Shown: positions 8,135 through 16,883 of the stretch, in pieces
How positions within the stretch are numbered: position 1 is the stretch's first letter
Layout: the number at the start of each line of letters is the position of its first letter
IMG/VR virus record: IMGVR_UViG_3300035670_000035
Coordinates: 64,001 to 128,000 of that record
Length of the DNA stretch: 64,000 nt
Strand: one strand, 5' to 3'
From: a virus
Translations under genes and position numbers: made by a program
The notes under the pieces: model-generated
The model's database searches: none
Told to the model about the DNA's origin: nothing
What the model saw: the letters and a program-made list of their open reading frames with translations, nothing else

Positions 8135-9069
8135 AAGTTTTATCCGCTTCAAGAATTAAAACTCTAGAAACTTGTTCTTGGGTTTACTGGAATAACTATC
8201 ACGCTAAAGTACCACAAACTCAAAACGATGGAGCGCTTAGAGGAACGATTTGTCACACTATTTTTGAACTTCTTTTAAATCCAAAACACAAGAATCATTA
8301 TAGCAAAATCATAAAAAAGAATTCTATCAAAGGTAGTAAAGCTATAACTAGACTCGTCAAGAAATTAAAAGCGAAAGTTGGATTAAATGAATCTAATTTT
8401 GAAATTCTTGACCAGATGATTATGGTTGGACTAAAACATGATTTCTTTGGTGAAAAAGATGGAAAGATTGTATCTCCAGAATATGCCTTTGAAATTAAGA
8501 ATGATGAACCAAAATACCATATCAAGGGCTTTATTGATAAGCCTATTAAATCGAAGAATAAAATGGTTATAATTGACTATAAAAGCTCTAAGGCTAAATT
8601 CAGAGGAGATGACTTAGAGGCTAATATTCAAGCTATGATGTATAGTCTTGCTAGTAAAAAACTCTGGCCTAAGTTAAAGCCTATTGTGAGATTTCTATTT
8701 CTTAGGTTTCCAAAACAACCAATACAAGAACTAGAGTTTACAGATGAACAAATTAAAGGATTTGAATACTATCTAGAACACATTAATGATTATATTAATA
8801 AATTTGACGAAAATGCTGCCAAAGCTAATTTTGCAGTAGATAATGATAAGAGTAAATGGATGTGTGGAATTGGAAACTGGAGATGCCCATATAGAGATTC
8901 CTATGAATATTATGTAAAATTAAATGATAAAGGTGATGTTATTGAGACTAGTCTAGATGGTAAATTTAAAGATATGAAAGGATTTAATATAGAGAAAAGA
9001 AAATATGATGGATGTCCAAAATTTAATAATAAAATTGAAATAAATAATACAGACGATTTTCTAGATTGA
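8110..9069 (+). CDS. PD-(D/E)xK nuclease, RecB/AddB/Cas4-like, with putative Fe-S cysteines
   Basis: LSASRIKTLETC, RGTICH, GFID...IIDYKS, QAMMY, C-terminal C-x6-CP...GCP. Confidence 0.85.
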   Translation: MAKESKQLKVLSASRIKTLETCSWVYWNNYHAKVPQTQNDGALRGTICHTIFELLLNPKHKNHYSKIIKKNSIKGSKAITRLVKKLKAKVGLNESNFEILDQMIMVGLKHDFFGEKDGKIVSPEYAFEIKNDEPKYHIKGFIDKPIKSKNKMVIIDYKSSKAKFRGDDLEANIQAMMYSLASKKLWPKLKPIVRFLFLRFPKQPIQELEFTDEQIKGFEYYLEHINDYINKFDENAAKANFAVDNDKSKWMCGIGNWRCPYRDSYEYYVKLNDKGDVIETSLDGKFKDMKGFNIEKRKYDGCPKFNNKIEINNTDDFLD

Positions 9070-9094
9070 CAATTAAAAATATATATTTTATAAT
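9066..9094 (+). promoter_or_regulatory. Consensus sigma70 promoter TTGACA-N17-TATAAT
   Basis: TTGACA 9066-9071 contains the TGA stop of the nuclease gene; TATAAT 9089-9094; ATG 8 nt later. Confidence 0.85.
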
Positions 9095-9102
9095 AATCAA
9101 AA

Positions 9103-9852
9103 ATGCAAGCTATACCTTTATTCAAATCTCATTTTAGTATAGGTAGATCAATTCTTACTCTTGAAGACGAAGAAATCGGTGAGAATGACCCAGATTCTAT
9201 TATAGATATAGCAAGAAAAAATGATATTAAAAATCTTTATTTAGTAGAAGATAATATGTCCTCTTTTCTTCAAGCATATACAAATACTAAAAAGTATAAC
9301 ATAAATTTAAGATATGGCTTGAGATTATCAATTAATGATAATATTGAAGACAAGACAGAAGAATCAAGATCAAAAACCTCAAAAGTTGTTATATTTTTCA
9401 AGACAAATAAAGGTTATAAAAATCTAATAAATATTTTTTCATTAGCCGCAAAAGAGGGATTTTATTATGAACCAAGAATAGATTATAAAAGTCTTAAAAA
9501 GCATTGGTCAGAAGAGGATTTGATTTTATGCGTACCATTTTATGATTCTTTTATATTTAATAACACATTAAAGAATTTTATATGTGTGCCAGATTTTAAT
9601 TTTACAAAACCAGTAGTGTTCTTGGAAAAAAATCATTTACCATTTGATGGTATCATAACTAATAGAATACAAAAATACGCAGACGTAAACAAATTAGAAG
9701 TTTTTAACACGAAAAGCATTTACTATAAAACAAAGAAAGATTTTAAATCTTATTTGACTTTTAGATGCATTAACAATAGAACTACATTAAACAAACCAGA
9801 ATTAATACATATGAGTAGTAGCGAATTCTGCTTTGAATCTTTAAAAGGATAA
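9103..9852 (+). CDS. Stand-alone PHP domain of DNA polymerase III alpha
   Basis: PLFKSHFSIGRS, YGLRL, GYKNLINIFS, TKSIYYKTKKDFKSYLTFRCI align with the DnaE PHP motifs; metal ligands look degenerate. Confidence 0.8.
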   Translation: MQAIPLFKSHFSIGRSILTLEDEEIGENDPDSIIDIARKNDIKNLYLVEDNMSSFLQAYTNTKKYNINLRYGLRLSINDNIEDKTEESRSKTSKVVIFFKTNKGYKNLINIFSLAAKEGFYYEPRIDYKSLKKHWSEEDLILCVPFYDSFIFNNTLKNFICVPDFNFTKPVVFLEKNHLPFDGIITNRIQKYADVNKLEVFNTKSIYYKTKKDFKSYLTFRCINNRTTLNKPELIHMSSSEFCFESLKG

Positions 9853-9857
9853 AAATT

Positions 9858-10331
9858 ATGATAATAAAAAAACTAACAATTAATGGAACAAAAGCCATTC
9901 AAAGAGATGATAGAGAAGACAGGTTAAGAGATTATAAAAAATGGATTTATGATCAGCCTAAATTATACGCTTCCGATATTGACCAAGTTGAATGGGGGTA
10001 CAAAAATGGAGAAGAAGATCCAGTAGCAGTATTAGAATTAACGAGAATTGATAAACAATATAGACCCCCAGTTGGTTATTTTGATGCGATTATACATAGA
10101 TTTGAGATAAGAGATACTCAAGCTAGAAGAATAAGAAAGATTGCTAAGAGACTAGGAGTTGACGCGCATATAGTCGCATTTCTTCAAGATCTTTCTGAGT
10201 TTTCAATGTATAATCTATCAAATCCAAATGGATGGAACCATTTATCTCCTCAAGAATATATAAATTGGCACTATAAAATAAGAGGTCTAGATCATATGAT
10301 GAAACCTATCGAAGATCCATTCTTGGGATAA
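9858..10331 (+). CDS. Hypothetical protein, possible restriction-endonuclease fold
   Basis: SDIDQVEW...AVLELT then QARRIRKIAKRLGVDAHIVAF, a divergent PD-(D/E)xK-like layout. Confidence 0.45.
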   Translation: MIIKKLTINGTKAIQRDDREDRLRDYKKWIYDQPKLYASDIDQVEWGYKNGEEDPVAVLELTRIDKQYRPPVGYFDAIIHRFEIRDTQARRIRKIAKRLGVDAHIVAFLQDLSEFSMYNLSNPNGWNHLSPQEYINWHYKIRGLDHMMKPIEDPFLG

Positions 10332-10334
10332 TTT

Positions 10335-10973
10335 ATGGACGAACATTTATTAAGATATAATAAAGATAAAACATTTGTTTTCATAGATCTGGAAACATTT
10401 AATCTTTGTCTTAATTTTTGTCATAATTTACCTTGGCAAGTAGGAATGATAAAAGCTAAAGGAGATTTTAAAACTGATAGCAAGAATTTTTATATTCATT
10501 GGGATACCGATTTAAAAATCAGTCAAGATGCAGCAAGAATAACAAGATATGATCATAAAAAAGTAGAACGAGAAGGTTTAAAAATTAAAGACGCTTTTCC
10601 AACCATTAAAGACTGGTTAGACCATGCAGATTATATTGTTGGGCATAATATTTTAGGATTTGATCTTTATCTTATAAAAGAATTATACGAACATATGGGA
10701 TGTCATTGGGATCATCTTTTAAATAAAATTATTGATACAAATTGTATTGCAAGAGGAGCAAAGTACGGCACACCATACAAATGTGATGAAAACTTATTAG
10801 AATATCAATATAAGATTTATCATACTAAAAGAAAAGATGTGAAAAGTAGTTTAACTGCTTTAGGTAAAGAAAATGGGATAGAACATGATTACGATAAATT
10901 GCATGACGCAATTAATGATCTTGACTTAAATTTAAAAGTATGGAATAAATTAAAATGGCAAGTGGAGATTTAA
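10335..10973 (+). CDS. DEDDh 3'-5' exonuclease (DnaQ/epsilon-like)
   Basis: ExoI VFIDLET, ExoII GHNILGFD, IIDT, ExoIII HDAINDL. Confidence 0.9.
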   Translation: MDEHLLRYNKDKTFVFIDLETFNLCLNFCHNLPWQVGMIKAKGDFKTDSKNFYIHWDTDLKISQDAARITRYDHKKVEREGLKIKDAFPTIKDWLDHADYIVGHNILGFDLYLIKELYEHMGCHWDHLLNKIIDTNCIARGAKYGTPYKCDENLLEYQYKIYHTKRKDVKSSLTALGKENGIEHDYDKLHDAINDLDLNLKVWNKLKWQVEI

Positions 10974-10974
10974 T

Positions 10975-11190
10975 ATGGCATCATTAGACGATATTTATGA
11001 TATGATTCAAAAATTAGAGGATTCTGATATAGAATATCTTTTGATAACTATACAGAAGGGCAAAAAGACTGGTAAGGCTGATGTTTTTTATTCGTTAAAA
11101 GATAAAAATTCATTTAGAATTTTAGCCCAAGGCTTAGATTCTTTTAATAGAGAAATTGATAAATTAGATGGAGAAATTGGAAATGATTAA
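10975..11190 (+). CDS. Small hypothetical protein
   Basis: 71-aa ORF tightly packed between the exonuclease and dnaE genes. Confidence 0.6.
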   Translation: MASLDDIYDMIQKLEDSDIEYLLITIQKGKKTGKADVFYSLKDKNSFRILAQGLDSFNREIDKLDGEIGND

Positions 11191-13747
11191 AGAATTTGAA
11201 TCTAGATTTAAAGACTTAGACTTACCTCTTCATGGAGTTAGACTTCCAGAATTTAAAATCGAAAATAAGTATAAACATGAAGTAGGCATTAGTGAAGATT
11301 CTAGTAATTATGACTTCCTAAGAGCTTTATCTTTAAAAGGTTTTAAAGACTTAAATATTAACAAAGATTCACAAGAATATAAAAAATACATCGAAAGAGC
11401 AAAATACGAACTTGAAACATTAAAAGAACTAGGATTTATTGACTACATTCTTCTTGTATGGGATGTTATTAATTTTTGCAAAGAGAATAATATACCAGTT
11501 GGTCTAGGTAGAGGTTCTGCTGCTGGTTCACTTATATTATATTTAATTGGAGTCACAAGGATTGATCCTGTTAAATATGACCTTTATTTTGAAAGATTTA
11601 TATCCAAGATTCGAGCTAAAAAGCAGGTTGTTGATGGAGTAACCTATTTGGATGGTTCTTTAATGTGTGACGTTGATCTTGATATTTGTTATTATAATAG
11701 AAGCAAAGTATTAAATTATCTAGAAACCAAATTCTTGGGCAAAACAAGTAAAATATTAACTTTAAATACTTTAAGTGGAAAACTTTTAATGAAAGAGTGT
11801 GGCAAAATTATTGGAGAAAAAACAGATCAAGAAATGACTGAAGTTTCAACATTAATTCCTAAAATATTCGGTCAAGTAAAAGATATTTCTACAGCATATG
11901 AAGAAGTTAATAAATTTAAAGAATGGTGCGAAGAAAATAAACAAATTTATCAGATTGCATTGAAATTAAGGAATCTTATTAAGAATAAAGGAGTTCATCC
12001 ATCTGGAGTTCTTTTGTCTCATGATAATTTAAATAATTCTTGCCCAACAGAGTTATCAAGCGATAAAGAATCTGTTTCTAGTTTTGACATGAGTTGGGTG
12101 AGCTTATTTAATATTAAACTTGATATTTTAGGTTTAAGAAGCGTTTCTGTAGTAGATGACGTATGCAAAAGTATTGGTATAAAAATTACAGATATTGATT
12201 TGGACCATGAATCTATTTATAGAAATCTTCAAGATTTAAGATGTCCTCATGGATTATTTCAAATCGAAGCAGATACCAACTTTAAAGTATGCCAAAAAGT
12301 AAAACCCAAGAATCTAGAAGAACTTAGTGGAGTATTGGCTCTTGCTAGACCTGGAGCCTTACAATTCGTAGATAAATACGCAGCTCATACAAATTATCAA
12401 CAATCAGAAAGTATCCATCCATTCTTTGATGATATTCTAAAAGAAACTGGTGGAGTAGCTTTATATCAAGAACAACTAATGAAAATGGCTCACAAGATTG
12501 GCTTTACATTAGACGAAGCAGAAATCTTAAGAAGAATTGTAGGTAAGAAGAAAGTAGAAGAGATTAAAGATTGGCAAAAGAAAATTGAAAAGAAATGTAA
12601 AGAAAATAAAATACCAAAACAAGTAGGCGAAATTCTCTGGAAAATTTTAGAGGATTCTGCAAATTATTCATTTAATAAATCTCATTCTCTAGCCTATGCA
12701 GCTTTGGCTGCTTGTACAATTTACTTAAAGTTTAATTATCCACAACAATTTTTCTTGTCCTTATTAAAGATGACAAGACATGAGCCAGATCCTATTGGTG
12801 AAATTTCAAAAATACAAAAAGAGATGGCACATTTTAATATTAAATTATTAAAGCCTCACATTATCAAATCTGATATGGACTTTTCAATTGAGGATAATGA
12901 TATTAGATTTGGTCTACTTTCTGTAAAAGGCATCTCAGATAAATCTATTGAGAAGCTCAATAGTTTTAGAAATAAATATTCTAATAAATTTGAAATTTTT
13001 CAAGCAGCAGAAGAAGCCGATTTAAATATCGGAGTATTATGCTCCTTAATTCAAGCGGGTGCTTTAAGTGGTTTTAAACAAAGCAGAAGTAAAATTGTTT
13101 TAGAAGCTCAACTCTGGAATATTTTAACAACCAAAGAAAAGAGATACGTTATTTCTTTTGCTGATAAATTTGATCATGATTTAATCAGAATTATTAAACA
13201 TTTAAATAAATTTACCGATGAGAAGAATAAGGTTATTATTAAAGATGGTCGAATGGAGACTATTAAATCGAAATATGAACCATATTTAAAAATATATAAT
13301 CAAAATAGTAAAAGTGAAAGTTTCGCTAATTGGTATTATGAAAAAAGATTATTAGGCTATACATACGAAAAAACGCTTAAAGATATCTTTTTAGATAAGA
13401 AAGACGACTTAATATCATTAATTGATATTAATGATATGCCAATAAATGCTAAAGTTTCATTTGTTGCACAAGTTGAGGAAGTTTATTCTGGAGTTTCAAA
13501 AAGCGAAAAGAAAACCAAATATGTAAGATTAAAAGTCTCAGACGAAACAAGTAATTCAACGGTATTATTCTTTAATGATAAAATAGATACAAATAAAATA
13601 TTAAACAAAAGCAAGAACTTTGAAGAAGGTAATATTGTCATATTTAAAGGCATAAAAAGAGATGATTGTGTTTTTGGAGATTTAGGTGCAATCCAAGATC
13701 ATGATATTTATATGAAACTTAGTGAAGTTAAGAATATAAAAACTTGA
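11183..13747 (+). CDS. dnaE: DNA polymerase III alpha subunit, catalytic part lacking the PHP domain
   Basis: GRGSAAGS, FERF, DVDLD, HPSGV, KLDILGL, YQEQLM, FNKSH, IRFGL, C-terminal OB fold. ATG 11183 has a GGAG upstream; ATG 11168 is the alternative. Confidence 0.95.
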   Translation: MIKEFESRFKDLDLPLHGVRLPEFKIENKYKHEVGISEDSSNYDFLRALSLKGFKDLNINKDSQEYKKYIERAKYELETLKELGFIDYILLVWDVINFCKENNIPVGLGRGSAAGSLILYLIGVTRIDPVKYDLYFERFISKIRAKKQVVDGVTYLDGSLMCDVDLDICYYNRSKVLNYLETKFLGKTSKILTLNTLSGKLLMKECGKIIGEKTDQEMTEVSTLIPKIFGQVKDISTAYEEVNKFKEWCEENKQIYQIALKLRNLIKNKGVHPSGVLLSHDNLNNSCPTELSSDKESVSSFDMSWVSLFNIKLDILGLRSVSVVDDVCKSIGIKITDIDLDHESIYRNLQDLRCPHGLFQIEADTNFKVCQKVKPKNLEELSGVLALARPGALQFVDKYAAHTNYQQSESIHPFFDDILKETGGVALYQEQLMKMAHKIGFTLDEAEILRRIVGKKKVEEIKDWQKKIEKKCKENKIPKQVGEILWKILEDSANYSFNKSHSLAYAALAACTIYLKFNYPQQFFLSLLKMTRHEPDPIGEISKIQKEMAHFNIKLLKPHIIKSDMDFSIEDNDIRFGLLSVKGISDKSIEKLNSFRNKYSNKFEIFQAAEEADLNIGVLCSLIQAGALSGFKQSRSKIVLEAQLWNILTTKEKRYVISFADKFDHDLIRIIKHLNKFTDEKNKVIIKDGRMETIKSKYEPYLKIYNQNSKSESFANWYYEKRLLGYTYEKTLKDIFLDKKDDLISLIDINDMPINAKVSFVAQVEEVYSGVSKSEKKTKYVRLKVSDETSNSTVLFFNDKIDTNKILNKSKNFEEGNIVIFKGIKRDDCVFGDLGAIQDHDIYMKLSEVKNIKT

Positions 13748-13772
13748 CATTCTAATAAAAGTACATTATTAT
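13744..13772 (+). promoter_or_regulatory. sigma70 promoter TTGACA-N17-TATTAT
   Basis: -35 contains the dnaE TGA stop; the -10 ends 7 nt before ATG 13780. Confidence 0.78.
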
Positions 13773-13779
13773 TCTTAAT

Positions 13780-14325
13780 ATGATATCATTCTATAAACCA
13801 AATAGTAAGAACACAGGAACTGCCTGTAGTTTCAGCGTAAACGAAAAAGACTCCTCAATTTGGAGCTCTCTAATTAAACAAGCGTCTTGGAACGATGCTA
13901 AAAAGGTAGGATCTTTTTCTCAAAATCAAAATAACCCAGCAAAAAGCGTAAAGATTAAATTCTCTTTAACTGAAGCAGCTGGTATTCTAGACGCTATTGA
14001 GAGAGGAACAGAATTCTCTGCATATCATACTTCAGAGAAGCAAACTACACAAATTAAGTTTAGCCCATATATTAAAGACGAAAAACATGTAGGTTTTTCT
14101 TATATGGTATCTAAAACAGATAAACAAAATAGTGAAAATAAACAATCCTATGTAATAGGATTTTATTTTAATGAAGCTAGACTTTTAAAACAATTTTTAG
14201 GTTACGCTTTAGATTCAGTTTTTGATTCATTAAAAATTGAAATGATTAAAAAACTAAAAAATGCTAAAAAAGAAAATCAAGATAAAGTAGTTACTGATAA
14301 TCAAGAAGATAGCGAACTTTGGTAG
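13780..14325 (+). CDS. Putative ssDNA-binding protein (PC4/Whirly-like)
   Basis: Two beta-rich repeats each followed by a helix (KIKFSLTEAAGILDAI; IGFYFNEARLLKQFL), acidic aromatic C-tail (EDSELW), position next to dnaE. Confidence 0.4.
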   Translation: MISFYKPNSKNTGTACSFSVNEKDSSIWSSLIKQASWNDAKKVGSFSQNQNNPAKSVKIKFSLTEAAGILDAIERGTEFSAYHTSEKQTTQIKFSPYIKDEKHVGFSYMVSKTDKQNSENKQSYVIGFYFNEARLLKQFLGYALDSVFDSLKIEMIKKLKNAKKENQDKVVTDNQEDSELW

Positions 14326-14329
14326 TTTA

Positions 14330-16246
14330 ATGAGGAAAAAGAAACTAGTATATCAATCTGATTTTAGTTTAGCAAAAACTGGCTTTGGAAGAGCTGCCAA
14401 AGCCTTATTGTCTTATTTGTATAAAACTGGGAAATATGATATAACACATTATTCTTGTGGATTAACTTATAATCATCCAGAATTTGAAAGAACCCCTTGG
14501 AAAACAGTTGGTTCCTTACCAAATAACCCTCAAGAGATACAAGAGTTAAATAAAGATCCTAATGTTGCTAGATTAGCGAGCTACGGAGCTCATTATCTAG
14601 ATAAGGTAATACAAGAAGAAAAACCAGACGTATATATTGCAGTTCAAGATATATGGGGCATTGATTTCGCAATCGATAAAAAATGGTTTGATAAAATTAC
14701 ATCTGTACTATGGACCACATTAGATTCTTTACCGATTTTACCAACCGCAGTAGAAAAAGCTCCAAAGATTAAAAATTATTGGATATGGAGTGATTTCGCT
14801 ACAAAAGCACTGCATGATCTTGGACATAAACATGTTGAAACTGTACACGGACCTATTGAAGTTAAAAATTTCTATAGATTAGAAAACTCTAAAAGAGAAG
14901 AGCTTAGAAAAAGAAATAATATTCCATTAGATGCTTTTATTGTTGGATTTGTTTTTAGAAATCAACTTAGAAAAAGCGTTCCTAACTTATTAGAAGGATA
15001 TGCTTTATGGAAAAGATCTAATCCACAAATCAAAAATACATATCTATTATTCCATACACATTGGTCAGAGGGATGGAATATACATAGACTTGCAAAAGAA
15101 TATGGAATTGATTTGAAGGAAATATTAACAACTTATGTTTGTAAAACATGTGGAAATTATGAAGTAAAACCTTTTTATGGTCAAGATATTGATTGTAGAT
15201 TCTGTGGCACTAAAAAATCTCAAACCACAACAAATGTTGGATTAGGGGTTACAGAAGAACAACTAAATGAAGTATACAATATCATGGATGTTTATTGTCA
15301 TCCATTTACTAGTGGTGGACAAGAAATACCAATACAAGAAGCGAAACTAACAGAATTAATTACTCTAGTTACTAACTATAGTTGTGGTGAAGAAATGTGC
15401 CAAGATGAGGCGGCTACATTACCATTAGAATGGTCAGAATATCGCGAGCATGGTACGGAATTTATTAAAGCTTCAACAAAACCAAATTCAATTGCTAAAC
15501 AATTAAATAAAGTATATAATCTGCCAGTTCAAAAAAGAAGAGAAATGGGTAAGAAAGCCAGAGAATGGACTATCAATAATTTTTCTGTTGAAGTTGTAGG
15601 TAAATATATAGAGAATTTTATAGATAATGCACCATTTACAGATTTTGATTTCTCTACAAAGGAAGAGGAAAGAGAGCCTTTTCATAAAATTCCAGAAATA
15701 AAAGATGACGCAGAATGGATAACGTATATGTATCATAATATACTTAAAATGCGTCATGTGGATAATAATGATGATGGTCATAAATATTGGATGAACGAAA
15801 TATCAAAAGGAGTAAAACGACAAGATATTGAAAAATATTTTAGACAAGTTGCTACTCAAGAAAATCAAAAAAATAAAAAAATTACTTTTGAGGAATTGTT
15901 AGGCGAAGGTAATCCAAAAGATAGAATTCTATATGTAATGCCAGAATCTATAGGTGATATTTATATGTCCACAAGTTTATTTGCTTCTATAAAGAAGCAA
16001 TATCCAGATAAAAAATTATACGTCGCAACGAATCCTCAATATTTTACAATATTGGAGGGTAACCCTTTTGTAGATAAAGTCATACAATATACCCCTCAAA
16101 TGGATCAACTATTATGGTTGGAAGGAGTTGGAGATCATAAAGGTTTTTTTGAAATTGCATTTTTACCGCACATAGGCACGCAAAGGATGTTTAATTATCA
16201 ACATAATGGGAAAACTAAAATAGCCTTTGATTTAAAAGATGAATGA
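14330..16246 (+). CDS. Multidomain glycosyltransferase: GT4 (GT-B) with Zn-ribbon insert, DUF4214-like helical domain and GT9 N-terminal half
   Basis: TGFGR, RNQLRK, CKTC...CRFC, MDVYCHPFTSGGQEIPIQEA; YHNILKMRHVD..GHKYW; ILYVMPESIGDIYMSTSLFASIKKQYPD. Confidence 0.8.
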   Translation: MRKKKLVYQSDFSLAKTGFGRAAKALLSYLYKTGKYDITHYSCGLTYNHPEFERTPWKTVGSLPNNPQEIQELNKDPNVARLASYGAHYLDKVIQEEKPDVYIAVQDIWGIDFAIDKKWFDKITSVLWTTLDSLPILPTAVEKAPKIKNYWIWSDFATKALHDLGHKHVETVHGPIEVKNFYRLENSKREELRKRNNIPLDAFIVGFVFRNQLRKSVPNLLEGYALWKRSNPQIKNTYLLFHTHWSEGWNIHRLAKEYGIDLKEILTTYVCKTCGNYEVKPFYGQDIDCRFCGTKKSQTTTNVGLGVTEEQLNEVYNIMDVYCHPFTSGGQEIPIQEAKLTELITLVTNYSCGEEMCQDEAATLPLEWSEYREHGTEFIKASTKPNSIAKQLNKVYNLPVQKRREMGKKAREWTINNFSVEVVGKYIENFIDNAPFTDFDFSTKEEEREPFHKIPEIKDDAEWITYMYHNILKMRHVDNNDDGHKYWMNEISKGVKRQDIEKYFRQVATQENQKNKKITFEELLGEGNPKDRILYVMPESIGDIYMSTSLFASIKKQYPDKKLYVATNPQYFTILEGNPFVDKVIQYTPQMDQLLWLEGVGDHKGFFEIAFLPHIGTQRMFNYQHNGKTKIAFDLKDE

Positions 16247-16880
16247 AGTTAAAGTACTTGTTCCACAATTAATATCTCCAAAAGGAGCTTGGTTTTTTTG
16301 GAAACAAAATGCGGATAATATATTTAATAATTTAACATTTAAAAATAAATATAGAGCCATATACGATGGTTATATCGAAGGTAATGAACATAGATATGCT
16401 AAATTAGTAAAGTTAAGAAATAAAATTATAGAAGATAACTTAAAAGACGAATATACTCATATTTTTTGGATGGATGTAGATATAGTAGAATACCCTTTTG
16501 ATATTATAGAAAAATTACTATCAATTTCCACAACAGAAGTAGTCGCACCATATGTTTATATAGAAGATAATGATTGGTGGCCTTGGAAAAGATTCTATGA
16601 TATTGATGGTTTTATTGATTGTCAAGGAGTCAAATTTGATTTTAAACCACCATATAATAGATCTAATGGAGATATTAAAACAGAAGTTAATTCTGTAGGA
16701 ACTTGTTTTATTATTCCAGCTCATTTACATAAAAAGATAAAATATGATATTAATGATAAAAGATTAGATCATGTAGCTTTTTTTGAGAAAGTTCGCGGTC
16801 TTGGACGTAGAATAATAGTAGAACCAAGTATAGAAATAAGACATGCATTTTTACCTAAATATGGAGAAAATTTTCATTAA
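16239..16880 (+). CDS. GT-A fold glycosyltransferase (GT2/Anp1-like)
   Basis: LVKLRNKII, HIFWMDVD (DxD), VVAP, VNSVGTCFII, DHVAF. Confidence 0.72.
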   Translation: MNEVKVLVPQLISPKGAWFFWKQNADNIFNNLTFKNKYRAIYDGYIEGNEHRYAKLVKLRNKIIEDNLKDEYTHIFWMDVDIVEYPFDIIEKLLSISTTEVVAPYVYIEDNDWWPWKRFYDIDGFIDCQGVKFDFKPPYNRSNGDIKTEVNSVGTCFIIPAHLHKKIKYDINDKRLDHVAFFEKVRGLGRRIIVEPSIEIRHAFLPKYGENFH

Positions 16881-16883
16881 TTT

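Noticed and set aside
9103-13747. Split-intein DnaE (as in cyanobacteria)
   Set aside because: The break is after the PHP domain, not at the cyanobacterial site. There are no intein blocks or C-terminal HN, and the terminal CFESLKG is too short to be an N-intein.
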